Below are positions 50,869 through 63,936 of a stretch of 64,000 bases of DNA, one piece after another. The stretch lies in the NCBI GenBank assembly GCA_973895155.1, contig OZ316893.1, positions 3,080,390-3,144,389 of the forward strand, read 5' to 3'. The DNA is from Marsupella aquatica. Its lineage: Eukaryota; Plantae; Marchantiophyta. Positions within the stretch are counted from its first letter, which is position 1. Each line of letters opens with the position of its first letter. The notes beneath the pieces are model-generated. The model made no database searches, had not been told where the DNA came from, and saw only the letters and a program-made list of their open reading frames with translations. The position numbers were made by a program, and so were the translations under genes.

Positions 50869-53800
50869 ATGGACGTCAACCTTGCTTGTAGAATGTTGGA
50901 GAACTTTGAGAGGTATAATCTAGTAGAGGATTGTGGTGGAAAGATTGTCATTGTCCCAAAATACTCCAATAATTTTGTCCAAGGAGATGTGCAGAATGGG
51001 GCACAACAAGTCCTTGGAAGCAGCCATGCATCCAATGGACCTGGTAGCACATCTACTGGAGACCAAGTTGGTACTCCTGCAATAGATGAACCCTCTAACC
51101 AGCCTGCAAGTGGAGCTCCATTCCAGGAGACCCAGCCTGCAAGTGCTTACCAGCCTGCAGGTGGAGCCCAATCCACTGAGTCTCAAGTCAGCCTAGACTC
51201 TGTATTGATGTCTTAGGACTTAAAGATAGCATGGGAGACTTCTGTTACAAAGTTGAGAGAGTGGATGACTTTTCTTAAGTATGTGGACCACAAATGGAAA
51301 GTCAGAACGTGGGACAAGGATGGTGTGTCTCGTGGGCATATTGAGTGTTGCGAATGTGACTACAGATATCAAGCAGTTGCATGTAGCAGTGTCAAGGGTG
51401 TGGATAAAACTATGGTCAATAATGTGTTTACAAACTTCAGAGTGAAACACTTGCCATCAAAAAAGCATGCTCAACATGTAGCATCTGACAGGGGTGAGAA
51501 AGTGGATCACAGAGTGATTGCTCAAAGGGCTGAGGCTAGTACTCTGAATGATAGAGCCATACTTGATCAACATGTCAAGATTGTGGAGAAGATTAACTCA
51601 GCACAGATTGCTAGTGGGCTTGTCGGGCATGATACATTTACTGTAATAGGTGATGTGGACAAAGAGCCTATAGAGTTGGTCAATTCAAACTTCGTTGTGA
51701 GTTTTGTGCTGAAAATCTAACATTGATCATTCCAAAACAACGCAATTTGGAAACAAATCTGGAAGCCCATGTGGGAGGCTTGAGTCATCTTAATTATGTC
51801 ATGAGAAGTCAAAGGCCTGCTATGGGCAATCCAGTGCACAGTGGAAGGCCAGGGAGACCTCGTGCACCAGATGGAAGAGATGTGAAACAATAGAAAATAG
51901 TTGGGTTCTTAACTCGCCCCTCAACTGGAGGAGCTTCCAGTTCTAGTTCAAAAGACAAAGGTACTCTTGACAATCTCTCTTTGCTATGGTGGGGTCTCTG
52001 GCGTGATGTGGTGAAATATGGTTCAGATACCAGGCCTATCAAGGAAATCTTAAATGATCAACTGAAATTAGATGGGAATTGGTATGCAGAGCCCATAGTG
52101 AGGGCAGAGGTGTGGTGTTTGACAACTCAAGAAACCTGTGTGATCTCTGATTTATTTAGACACAGAGATTGTAGGCGAATATCAGAACTTAGTGGAGGTT
52201 TTATTGACTTGACCTGTTCGCTCTGTTTTAGCATAAAAACAGAGCAAGACTTTTGACTCAGAGTTTATAGGGAGTACAAAGCTATTGAGAAATGAGGTTG
52301 TAGAACAACTGGTAAAGGTAGGCGGTTAGACTACTTGACTATTCCAGAGGTTCAATACCAAGCTAAAAGCTATAGGAACCAAATTGCCTTAGCTTCGGAC
52401 GACCTTTGTTGTTGTAGGTAGATATTTCCATTTGCACACAATTTCCAAGACCAATATGTGTCCTAAATAACTTCATTTTGACACCTGGGATCAGTCAACT
52501 TTGTTTTGTCTTCAATGACTTAAGCATCATGTCATTTCATTGCGTAAGTCATTCATGGACGTCATTGGTTACAAACACAAATGACTTTCATTGAAACTAA
52601 GTTGTCATTCACTTTGCCTTAAAGTCATATATGACAATGAGTCATTACTCTTGTAGTCATTAAATGCTGAAATCCTACTAGTGTTTGAGAGAGCAAAAAT
52701 GCAGAGAATCTTGAGTCACAAGCTACTCATGGCAAAGGCTCTGGTCCCCAGCATTAGTGAAGTGTGTCTTCACTATCAAGAACCAAACAAAGCAACTGTT
52801 TTGAAATTATGTCATTCAATAATACTAGCACACAAACGAGGTGCCTTTGGTGGGATCGGAGAGGAGCTTTGTGGGATATGTTGTCAGACATAGCACAGAA
52901 CATCAATAGGGAGAAGACAGGATATTGTTTTAAGCCTGGAACAAAGCTTCTTTGTCAAACACTATTTTTACATGGTGGAAGGCGTGTAGTTGATTGTCTT
53001 GCAACCAATAGTGGTCCTACTATCAACACCCTTCAACAAGATAGGAGAGGTATGGCAGTGTTTTGTGCTGGAATTCATGCAGAGCAATTCCAGTTTGTTG
53101 AGGAATTTTTTTCCAAATTGAAAGCTCGATTAAATATACATGGACCCATTCCATGCTATTTGGCAGAGGACAAGACTTGTGTGAAGAGAAATGTGAGGTG
53201 ATCGACTACTCATGCCTCCTCTTGCTCTGGTCATTCTTTCTGTTTAATATTTTTGTGTTACACAAAAATATTGAACTAAGCAACTAATGAAAAGACCACC
53301 TGCTATTGGTTGCAGATGGCTGCCTAAACATGATACTCTTCTTGGATTTTGTGGGACAAAAACCAACCATGAGTGTAGTGTTGGTTTGGAGATCATGGTG
53401 GGGGAAGGAGAAGTTGGCTTCAACAACATTGCAGATGCATTTGACAATTATGTTGTGGCTCACCAGGCAAGGTGTTTGATAGTAAATGCCCTTGTTACTG
53501 GATTCCCTCGATTGTGCATATTGGGGATGGGTACATGTAACAAGTTTGATGCTCCATGGGTCAGGCGACAATGGAATAACCAAGCCTCACTGTGGACAAC
53601 TCATTGCCTAGAGTCAATGGGGCCATTATTGGGTCATGCCAGCAATGGGGATGCACGGAGGAGAAAGCTTATGCTGGAAGACTACTCTAGAAATGGAATA
53701 CCAGGGCCAAGACAAGACCTGAGGTGGGAAGCTTGGACATTGACTCACTCTATGACCACTGCTGGACCATTGATCCATGCATATGGACTCCATGATCAAG

Positions 53801-55737
53801 ATTATATTCATAATGAGAAGAAGTTAGTGAACCCATTGGATTCTACAGTTTCTCGTATTTTGAAATTAGGAGCAGAAATGGCAAACTTGAGTCACATCAT
53901 ATCTTGTTACAAGGTGTACCTGAACAGGGATCATGGCTTGAATGAAGAGGACAAGTCAAGGAAAGATAGGCAAAATTGGGCTAGTGCACAACGTCTTTGT
54001 AGCCCCAAAGTACAGTCCTCCTTACAGATGCTTTGTCAACGTGGTGATGCAAGAGTTGAACAGACTCTTGGGATAGAAGTTAAATACACTAGGATATGTG
54101 TAGACTACATTGATATATTTCTGAATTAGTCTGAGTTTGCGACAAAGGATTGTCCATTGTGGGAAGGTTGAATTTTTCTTTAGACTATGGCATCAATGGT
54201 GTTTTCATGGAAACCATTTTGTGGGAGGAAATACACAACCAATCAGTTTCACAAAAAATTGCATTCCCATGCAAAGTTTATTTGACATTCAGATGTCAGT
54301 TCATTTTGTGGTCCCGTTGGTAATCCAATTCAGGGACAATTTTGACATCTTCCAGTACCATTGCATTTGACTGGGTCAGATGCTTACAGTGAGCAGTTTT
54401 TTTCTGCTGTAGGAGGTATGAATGGTCATGAGCAAAGTTCTAACTTGGCTGAGTTAGTAGAATGTGCTACCAATCAAAATCGATTGGTTGCAATGGATCT
54501 GGCTGAAGGAATGATGGGTGCAGGGAAGAGCCACAAAAAACATGAAAACATTTGGATGAAGCTCACTACAATCCCAACATGGATTCCTACTGTAGCAGAT
54601 CAAATGGACTATGCACGGATTGAAACAAATGGAGAAATAGTGATTGCTCTGCAAGAAGGTCATCAGCTTGCCCAAAATGCATGCACTGAGTTACAAATGA
54701 ACCCTTCCAAATTCTGTAGAGACAAGGTGTGGTGGAATTCCCCATGGAAGATGGAGGCTAAAGGGATCAAGTTTGGTAGTTGGTGTGATGTGAATGTTGA
54801 TACATTAGCAGATGGAGGGGCAGATGTGGAGGAATCTGAGGAAGGTGAAACCACCTCTCATGAGCCTGCATCCTCATCAGTTCAAACAGAAGTTGCAGAA
54901 GAGGACTCTGAGTCTCCTGTCCCAATAGAACAACTTTTGATATATATGCAGACCCAGATGTAGAGGGAGTTGCTACTCAAATGGAGGCCACCATGGGGAT
55001 CATGCATTCTGACTTGATATATGGAGCAGCAAGACAAGATGTGAAGCCAACAGTAGAATACCAAAATCAGTCCATTTACAAAAGTACTTTGGTTAGCCAG
55101 CTGACTCAACCCTCTCCTCAGTAAAGACAGATTCATTGACCGGATAAAGCAAAATCACTACTTCAACAATTTAGTGGACAAACCCAATGTGAGGGCAGGT
55201 GCTCAAACAATGTTTGTTACAATAGGTTCAGACTATGGAGTATTATTTTTGGATGATACATACAGTGCTCATGAATCCAGAAGTTCAGAGGCAATTTCAC
55301 AAACATTGAGAGGAAAATAATGAGGAAAGAGAAGTGGCAGTAGATAAGATGATCTTGTTCCAAATCCAAAGAGGCCCAAAGGTGCAGCTGTTGCAATGTC
55401 TTCAAATACAACACCAAAATATATGTGGTGGATAGGCAGAATACAAATTGTACACAAAAAATATGGTGGGAAACAGGACAAAGCAAGAGGTGAATTGGAT
55501 TTGCTTGATAGGCCTGGTGGTGAGGAGGTATGAAAATTATGTTACAATGGTTAAATTCTCCAATTGGAACTAGTAGGCATAAATTTGCCTACAATGTGTG
55601 TGATACACAATTCATCGATTTGGACTGTGTTATATCAACAGTTCACTTGACAGTGGATCCACTTTGCCCATAAGTTTTTCAATTGCATCCAGATGATGGA
55701 GTTGCTCTTGATAATTTTGCCAAGAACAAAATTCCTT
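50869..55737 (+). pseudogene. Decayed DDE transposase, P-element-like, with N-terminal C2H2-type zinc fingers
   Basis: CCEC...KH....H; CYLAEDKT; GHASNGDARRRK; DQDYIHNEKK (DxxH); DRQN; GSD..EQFFS..GG; multiple stops, frameshifts and probable introns. Confidence 0.65.
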
Positions 55738-56683
55738 AATCTTATCTAACAGGGTAAGCAATTGTCATAGTTATTGCCTGGTTATTGCATGTACCTTTTA
55801 AGTATGTAATTGGTATGAAAAGCTTTTGAATAGAAGTTTTGATAATGCCTCTGACATTTCAATCAATTCTTTGATTGCAGAGATGACAGAGAAATTACCC
55901 AGCATGTCTAAGTAACAATTCAGCCAAAGAAGACCTAATGGTATTACTCTCATATTTCTTAGTAGTGATTTTCTTGTGTAATGAGTATGGTCCAAAATCA
56001 ATTATTAATGTGTGGTTTGATGTATCAGGTTCAAAAGAAGCTACCAAGAACTCTATTTGAGTTAGTGACTTCACATTGATCATCATGCTTAGTCATGGGG
56101 AACTTTACTTGAGTCAAGCAGAACTTTATTTGAGTCAAGCTGAACTTTACTTGAGTCAGGGTCCAGATTTTTACAGACTGAGAATCATGCTTAGTTTATA
56201 ATAGAATAATTTAGCAATAGTATACAGTCATGCATACGCAGTAGTATACATGCATATGCAATAGTATACTTGCAATTATTCTTCCAGGGTAGTAGAACAT
56301 TCTAGTGCTAATTTAATTAGTTCTTGTTTATGAGGTTTATGAGCAACCAGCTATACTATAATTATCTGGTGCTAATTTTGTTAATCTATATAAAACCTGT
56401 ACCCACATCAGGTTTCTTATGCAAAATAACATCATTACACATAATTTATGTTTCTGAGTAGTTTGCATGTTTATATGATATTCATAATTTTAAAAAGTCA
56501 AGGGTATTTTCAATTACCTGGAAGATCCTTTGATAAGTTACAAAAGGGTAAAATTTAATAGCAAAAATTAATATTTTTATATTAACAAGGGATATTTTAA
56601 TGGACGAAAAAATATTAAGAAGAGGTACAGGGGGGTCTGTTCTCAGGGGTTTCACTTAATATATAGAGAGTGAGGGCCCAGGG

Positions 56684-56722
56684 ACACGACATCTTTTGTG
56701 CAACGCACGGGTATTGAGCTAG
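56684..56722 (+). mobile_element. Displaced Helitron-type 3' terminus
   Basis: catcttttgtgcaacgcacgggtattgagCTAG|T, identical to the end at 36502. Confidence 0.75.
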
Positions 56723-57503
56723 TTAAATATAAATTCTCATTGTAACTACAGGTAGCTTTTGAAGGTAGGGCAGGTGTGGTTTAAAGACATGTAAAACATC
56801 GGTTGGCTATCTAAAGAACATATACCAGCTGGGTAGTCAACACTCATGTCCTGGTAATTTTGCATCAAATGGGACAGTGTAAAAAATAGCATGTGACCAT
56901 ATATATATATACTAGGTTAATAGAGAGATTTTTTATAGCATGATAAACTCAATTATACTATGAAATCATTGCATTTGGCTGTTGGTTTTTAATTTGCTAT
57001 TACCCCAGGGCAGATGTGTGAGACTGCCCCTTCTCTTTCAAACAAGATACTTAGTTAATCATTGAACAAAAAACAAAAAAACCCTACTGGGCGGTAAACT
57101 GAAAAGCCTGGTAAAGCTCTAGAGTAAACCGCATAATTAGGAGTATCATAGAGAGGAATTTGTCTAGAGGCCCAAAACCTGACTGCCTTAGCACTGCAAA
57201 GAATAGTGAAAGTCTGGGCCCTCTGAAGTGCCACCAACACTCTATTGAAAGAAGGTCATGAGGACAAAAACAAGGGGAAAAGGCCTCCACTCAATACAAA
57301 ACACAGCACAAGCCCAAAGGAAGTGGTTAAAACAAGGGTGGGGAGCACCGAAGACCTCAAGCCAGGGCAAAAGGGAAAAAAGATCCCCCAGGTAATAAAC
57401 TACATAAGTCTCCTCCTTAAGCAGGCCTGCCTTGGCGGCAACATGTCCAGGAACATGGGCTGCCACTGCAATGTTACTCCCATCCGTAGGAGTAACGTTT
57501 AGG

Positions 57504-57720
57504 GTTTAGGGTTTCACTTCCATAGAATCGGCACATCACGTGCGACAAAAAATAGGGTAGTTTCTCTGGTTTTAAGGGAAGACTTATAATTTTTTGCGAA
57601 AAAAATTTAAACCCGCTTTTAAATCCAATTTGGAGTCTTGTAAGAACACAGTTAGGGTCCTTTTAATCATTTTTTTGGAATATTCCAACTTTATAGGATA
57701 TAAAAGATAAAATCTTTTCT
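57504..57720 (+). mobile_element. Left end of a second copy of the 2930-4653 family
   Basis: gggtttcacttcca...atcacgtgc...aataggg...aagggaa.actta matches 2935-3020; right end not found. Confidence 0.55.
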
Positions 57721-58691
57721 TAAATTTTAGGAGGTGCAGGGCTTAAAAACATCGCAGGTTATGGGGGACATCCCTTGGATTGAGACCCCTAATCGAGCAT
57801 GTAATGAACCCGGGAGTGAACCGATAAACTTCATTCTTAGCGGTTGAATGAGAAAACTATACATGTACTGTATATGATGTTTAATAATCCCAAAAAAATT
57901 GCAACCCCAAATTTTCCCCCTCCTGCCGACCTAGGTAACCTTAGTTCCACTCTTTTTCCTTTTTTTGCCCCATCTTATCTCACTCTTTTTTTAATCCCCA
58001 ATCCTATCTTGCTTTTTCATTATTTTTTCCTTTAATTCCCTTCAATCTCTTTCATCTCATTGGTTTGATGAGAATCATTCAAAGGCTTGGGGAAGTCCAT
58101 TATTTTCAAATTTATTTAGTAAGTTACTTAGTAGGTCCCAATGCTATGTAGAAAATTTCAACCTAAATAAGCTTGAGAAAACAAGTGAACATTATGGCTA
58201 TTGTAAAACCCTTGTGATACATCTGTGGATACTGACATACCCCAGTGTTAGGAATTGACTCTAGTTCCCGACATAGTTAGCTTGGCCTTACTAGGGTTAG
58301 TTTTAACCCTAGATTACATTAGGATAAGATCCGCTTAGTTTAGGCCCACTCATCTTGGTCCCCTTGAGAAACATGAGAGAAACTCAATTAGACGCTACAC
58401 CAACGAGACACCCCGAGTGGAGAAACTCCTAAAGGCTCCATAGCAAATGAGAGTACATGTGAAGAATGAGGGAGAGAGTGCTCTCCCTCCAGCCTATACC
58501 CCCCAAGGGGGCCAAGATGAGTGGGCCTAAACTAAGCGGATCTTATCCTAATGTAATCTAGGGTTAAAACTAACCCTAGTAAGGCCAAGCTAACTATGTC
58601 GGGAACTAGAGTCAATTCCTAACAATCTCCACCTTGACTCAAGTTCACACAATGAGTCAGGTGATATACAATATGTAACTAAGTAACATAT

Positions 58692-59228
58692 TTACATAGT
58701 CACTGGTTTGGCCCTAACATTAATAATATCCACACAATGACTAAAGCTACTGGTAGGTAAAACTTTGGTAAGCATGTCTGCTGCATTCTCCTCTGAAGCC
58801 ACCTTCTCCAGAAACATCTGCTTCATCTCAATCACCTCACGGATGAAGTGATAACGAATATCAATGTGCTTTGTCCTGGCATGGAACACAGGGTTCTTAG
58901 CCAGATGCAAAGCACTTTGACTGTCGCACAGCAGCACCGGTCTTTCAGGTGAAAGACCCAGATCACTCACCAATCTCCGTAGCCAGCTCAGCTCCTTGGT
59001 TGCCTCACATGCAGCCATGTACTTAGCCTCAGCAGTAGACAACGCAACACAAGATTGAGTTGCCGACTTCCAGCTGATACAACCTCCACCCAGCATAAAC
59101 ACATAGCCTGTAGTAGACTTTCTGTTATCCAAGTTACCAGCATAATCTGAATCTACAAAACCTTCCAACTCTAATGTAGAGTCTGCTTTACCGTCAAATA
59201 AGATCCCACAATCTAAGGTACTTGCCAA
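58692..59228 (-). pseudogene. Copia RNase H fragment
   Basis: GFVDSDYAG...RKSTTGY, ALSTAEA.Y, CDSQSAL, RTKHIDIRYHF, NAADMLTK. Confidence 0.95.
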
Positions 59229-59529
59229 GTATGGAATGGAGAATGCAAAACCAGTTGGTACTCCATTGGCCTCCCACTTTAAACTCTCAAAGAATGATTG
59301 CCCTTCTAGTGAGAGTGATAGACTGGCGATGAAACATGTTCCCTATGATAGTGTTGTGGGTAGTTTGATGTATGCAATGACATGCACTAGACCTGACATT
59401 GCCCACGCTGTTAGCGTTTTGAGCAGATTTATGGCAAATCCTGGTAAGCTTCACTGGGAAGCAGTGAAGTGGGTTTTGCGGTATTTGAAAGGTACCTTAG
59501 ATTGTGGGATCTTATTTGACGGTATTTGA
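59229..59529 (+). pseudogene. Copia reverse transcriptase C-terminal fragment
   Basis: VGSLMYAMTCTRPDIAHAVSVLSRFM.NP...HW.AVKW.LRYLKGT. Confidence 0.95.
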
Positions 59530-60169
59530 CTAGTAAGTTACTTAGTAGGTCCCAATGCTATGTAGAAAATTTCAACCTAAATAAGCTTGAGAAAACAAGT
59601 GAACATTATGGCTATTGTAAAACCCTTGTGATACATCTGTGGATACTGACATACCCCAGTGTTAGGAATTGACTCTAGTTCCCGACATAGTTAGCTTGGC
59701 CTTACTAGGGTTAGTTTTAACCCTAGATTACATTAGGATAAGATCCGCTTAGTTTAGGCCCACTCATCTTGGCCCCCTTGGGGGGTATAGGCTGGAGGGA
59801 GAGCACTCTCTCCCTCATTCTTCACATGTACTCTCATTTGCTATGGAGCCTTCAGGAGTTTCTCCACTCGGGGTGTCTCGTCGGTGTAGCGTCTGATTGA
59901 GTGTCTCTCATGTTTCCGCATTGCTGTCTAGTCCGGAGCCGACGGTTTCTTACACCCAGTAGCACATAAATAACATGATGGAAACCCCAATTGAAAGAAC
60001 AATTGCCTAGCTAAGTAACATACTGATAGTTTAAAATGCACATTGTCAAGGTTCACTAACTTACAGCTTAATTTTGATCTCATTCACCAATTAAGAAATC
60101 CAAAAACATGCATATTTTCTTGTGACCATTGGGCACCGCCAGCCACCATCCTCTTTGTTAGCAATTGTT

Positions 60170-60330
60170 TGATTGAATGCGTTTATCAATCAGATTGAAC
60201 GGCTATAAAACGTTTTATTTGGTCCAGTTATCGATTCGAAGATTTAGCTTGTATGAATCGATTTTGGTTTGGTACAATGAATGGAAGTCGATTTTCTATG
60301 TTGAGATTTCGCATGTATCCCATAATATAA
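60170..60330 (+). pseudogene. ycf1: 3' end of plastid ycf1
   Basis: [38 protein letters not shown]. Confidence 0.9.
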
Positions 60331-60539
60331 GTATTATTACAATTTCTTAGTTAAGTGTAAATACGTAATACACTTCAAAGATAAAATTCATAAGTTTATT
60401 TTGGAGCATATCGTTATTTTATATTTCACTATCATTACCATCATTATATTTTTCTATCCTAAACCTCAGTTTTCAATTATGAACCTTTTTACTCCCTCTT
60501 TATTCCAGGAGAATCATTTTATGCAAAGAGAATAATTTT

Positions 60540-60805
60540 ATGCAAAGAAAATCATTTATGTATTTGTCTTCCATTTCAAAAAAAGGGAAGGATCGATTGA
60601 ATCCCAAATATTTCGTTTGACTAGTCGCGTCGTAAAACTTACGTATCATTTCAGAACACACGGCAAAGATTATTCATCTCAAAGGGGTTTGTGGAAAATA
60701 TTGGGTAAACGTAAACGTCTTCTAGCGTATTTATTTAAAACAGATTTAACAAGTTATCAAGATTTAACTAGCGAATTGGGAATTCGTAGATTAAAGAAAA
60801 ATTGA
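60540..60805 (+). pseudogene. rps15: Plastid ribosomal protein S15, frameshifted near the A-run at about 60580
   Basis: KDYSSQRGLWKILGKRKRLLAYL; the ATG at 60540 is out of frame with the conserved part. Confidence 0.9.
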
Positions 60806-60850
60806 CTATTAATTAATAATTTAATTGATTAAAGGTAAAATTAAAAAATC

Positions 60851-62029
60851 ATGACACTTACTGGAAAAAAAGACCAATGATAGTAAGTATGGGTCCCCAT
60901 CATCCATCAATGCATGGAGTTTTACGACTCATTGTTACCCTCGAAGGAGAAAACGTTTCTGACTGTGAACCCGTATTGGGTTATTTACATCGGGGGATGG
61001 AAAAGATAGCAGAAAATCGAACAATTATCCAATATCTTCCTCACGTAACAAGATGGGATTATTTAGCTACGATGTTTACAGAAGCTATTACGGTTAATGG
61101 TCCGGAAAAATTGACTAATATTCAAGTACCTAAAAGAGCAAGCTATATCCGAGTTATTATGTTAGAGCTAAGTCGCATTGCATCTCATTTATTATGGTTA
61201 GGTCCTTTTATGGCTGATATTGGTGCACAAACGCCCTTTTTCTATATTTTTAGAGAAAGAGAGATGATATACGATTTATTTGAAACTGCTACTGGTATGC
61301 GAATGATGCATAATTTCTTTCGCATTGGTGGGGTAGCCGCAGATTTACCATATGGATGGATTGACAAGTTGTTTAGATTTCTGTGATTATTTTCTACCAA
61401 AAATTAATGAGTATGAAAAACTTATAACGAATAATCCAATTTTTTTGGAACGGGTAGAAGGTGTAGGTATTATCAACGGAGATGAAGCTATAAATTGGGG
61501 TTTATCAGGACCTATGTTACGAGCTTCAGGAATTCAATGGGATCTTCGGAAAGTAGATCATTACGAATGTTATGATGAATTAGATTGGCAAACTCAATGG
61601 CAAACAGAGGGAGATTCACTAGCTCGTTATTTAGTAAGAATTGGCGAAATGAAAGAATCTACTAAAATAATTCAACAAGCTTTAAAAGCTATTCCGGGAG
61701 GACCCTACGAAAATTTGGAGGCTAGACGACTAAATAAACAAAGAAGTTCCGAATGGAACTCATTTGAATATCAATTTATCAGTAAAAAACCTTCGCCCAC
61801 TTTCAAGTTACCAAAACAGGAACATTATGTAAGAGTAGAAGCGCCCAAAGGAGAGTTAGGAGTTTTTTTGATCGGAGATGATAGTGTATTTCCTTGGAGA
61901 TTTAAAATTAGACCACCCGGTTTTATAAATTTACAAATTCTTTCCCAATTAGTTAAAGGAATGAAATTGGCAGATATTATGACAATTTTAGGGAGTATAG
62001 ATATCATTATGGGAGAGGTTGATCGTTAA
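60851..62029 (+). pseudogene. ndhH: NDH subunit H, frameshifted near 61369
   Basis: [14 protein letters not shown] ... [10 protein letters not shown], split over two frames. Confidence 0.95.
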
Positions 62030-62030
62030 A

Positions 62031-63843
62031 ATGATGCTAAATATAAATTTGGAAAAACAAATTACCCAAAATTTTCCTACATTCGCATTTTACGGAGAAT
62101 TTTTCTACTTTATACGAATTTTCATTTTCATTCTTATTCTTATATTGGGAGTCACTATAGGAGTATTAGTTATTGTATGGCTTGAAAGAAAAATATCTGC
62201 GGGGATACAACAACGTATAGGACCAGAGTATGCTGGTCCTCTGGGAATTATTCAAGCTTTAGCAGATGGTGTAAAACTGTTTCTGAAAGAAAATATTATT
62301 CCATCACAAGGAGATTATAGCTTATTCAATATTGGTCCTGTATTAGTTATTGTACCAGTTTTTTTAAGTTATTTAGTTATTCCTTTTGAATACAATGTTA
62401 TTTTATCCAATTTGAGTATAGGTGTTTTTTTCTGGATCGCAGTTTCTAGTGTCGTTCCTCTGGGTCTGCTCATGGCTGGATATGGATCAAATAATAAGTA
62501 TTCTTTTTTAGGTGGTTTACGGGCAGCTGCTCAATCTATTAGTTATGAAATTCCTCTAGCTTTAAGTGTTTTATCTGTAGCTCTACGTGTGACTCGTACA
62601 GAGATACCTAATTTTTCAAAAAACTAATTTGTAATTCTCGGTTTTAATATCTAATCAGAACTGGATAGTCATATGGGTGAAATTAAACAGTGAATTTTCA
62701 TTATTTGCAGTGGAAAATCAAATCCCATCCTCTTTGTACGGGAGTGAAAGCTTCGTACAATTTCAATGTACATTCCTAGGTGACAGATTAGCCGTCAATA
62801 ATACCTAATAGCGGAAAAAATCAAAAAATTTGATTAAGCAAGAGTAGCGGATGAGAAAAAACGAAATGCGTGGAAAGGTCAGTATAAAAATATGTCAAAG
62901 ATGTAAATAATAATAAAAAGGACTTTACATTAGTAGAGATGCTTTAGCAGTACCTCCTTAAAACCCTACCTAAGCATATATTCCTATCTATTCCAAGAAT
63001 GATTATCCGGAACGAAGTAATTTTTTTGCAGTTCCCATATAGAAGCAAAATGATAATAATTTTCGGAATAGTATAATTATTTTCATGAGTTTGGGTTGGC
63101 GCCGGTAAAAATCTGTAAAAGTTGAGATAGATTCAAAAGCTCGTGTGGCAGACAGAATCTCGTTGGTAACTAAATATTAATATGTATCTATATTTATATC
63201 TTAACAGCCACTGAGGAGCCGTATGAAATGAAAAATTTCACGTACGGTTTTGAAATAGAGATATTAACAGTGATGATAGTATCGACTATAATTGTCAAAT
63301 AGTTTAAGTACAGTTGATATAGTTGAGGAACAGTCTAACTATGGCTTTTTTAGTTGGAATTTGTGGCGTCAACCGATTGGTTTTGTAGTTTTTTGCATTT
63401 CTTCCTTAGCAGAATGTGAAAGATTACCATTTGATTTACCGGAAGCAGAAGAAGAATTAATTGCAGGATATCAAACGGAATACTCAGGCATCAAATTTGC
63501 ATTATCTTATCTCGCTTCTTATTTGAATCTATTGGTTTCCTCTCTATTCGTAACAATTCTTTATTTAGGAGGCTGGTATTTTCCCATACCATTTTTTTTG
63601 AATTCAATTAATGTAGAATGGAATCCCGTTGTACATGGAATTATGGACGTTACCCATATATTATTAGGAATAATTATCACAATAGTTAAAGCGTATTCAT
63701 TTCTGTTCATTTGTATAGTGACGAGATGGACTCTCCCCAGAATCAGGATAGATCAACTATTAAATCTTGGTTGGAAGTTTCTATTACCAATTGCTTTAGG
63801 TAATCTATTATTGACAGCATCTTTACAAATCCTTTTGTTATAA
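62031..63843 (+). pseudogene. ndhA: NDH subunit A, exons 62031-62586 and 63293-63843 (frames open; NUPT copy)
   Basis: [21 protein letters not shown]; [14 protein letters not shown]. Confidence 0.92.
62587..63292 (+). other. ndhA group II intron
   Basis: 5' GTGTGA; domain V gagccgtatgaaatgaaaaatttcacgtacggttt near 63216-63250; 3' AT. Confidence 0.9.
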
Positions 63844-63936
63844 ATTATTTTAATAGCTTTTATACTAGTTTGAACTTAAAAAAAAGTAATTGACAAGAAA
63901 TAATGACAAATTTTATTAAAGATAAGGATTTTTCCC

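Larger units (their letters stand above)
38838..56683 (+). mobile_element. 17.8 kb DNA transposon of the CCCTGGGCCC family (including nested insertions) with a P-like transposase
   Basis: Ends CCCTAGGCCCTTAG / GTGAGGGCCCAGGG; subterminal ggacgtgcgaacg..aagggt shared with both MITEs; flanks ACAGGACT / ACACGACA match 6/8; minisatellite is continuous across the insertion. Confidence 0.8.
58246..59954. mobile_element. Rearranged Ty1/copia locus: partial LTR (+), inverted LTR-PPT-RNase H (-), RT fragment (+), duplicated flank, complete 295-bp LTR (+)
   Basis: LTR 59660-59954 TG..CA with CCCAG TSD; PPT AGTCAAGGTGGAGAT on the minus strand abutting 58624. Confidence 0.9.
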
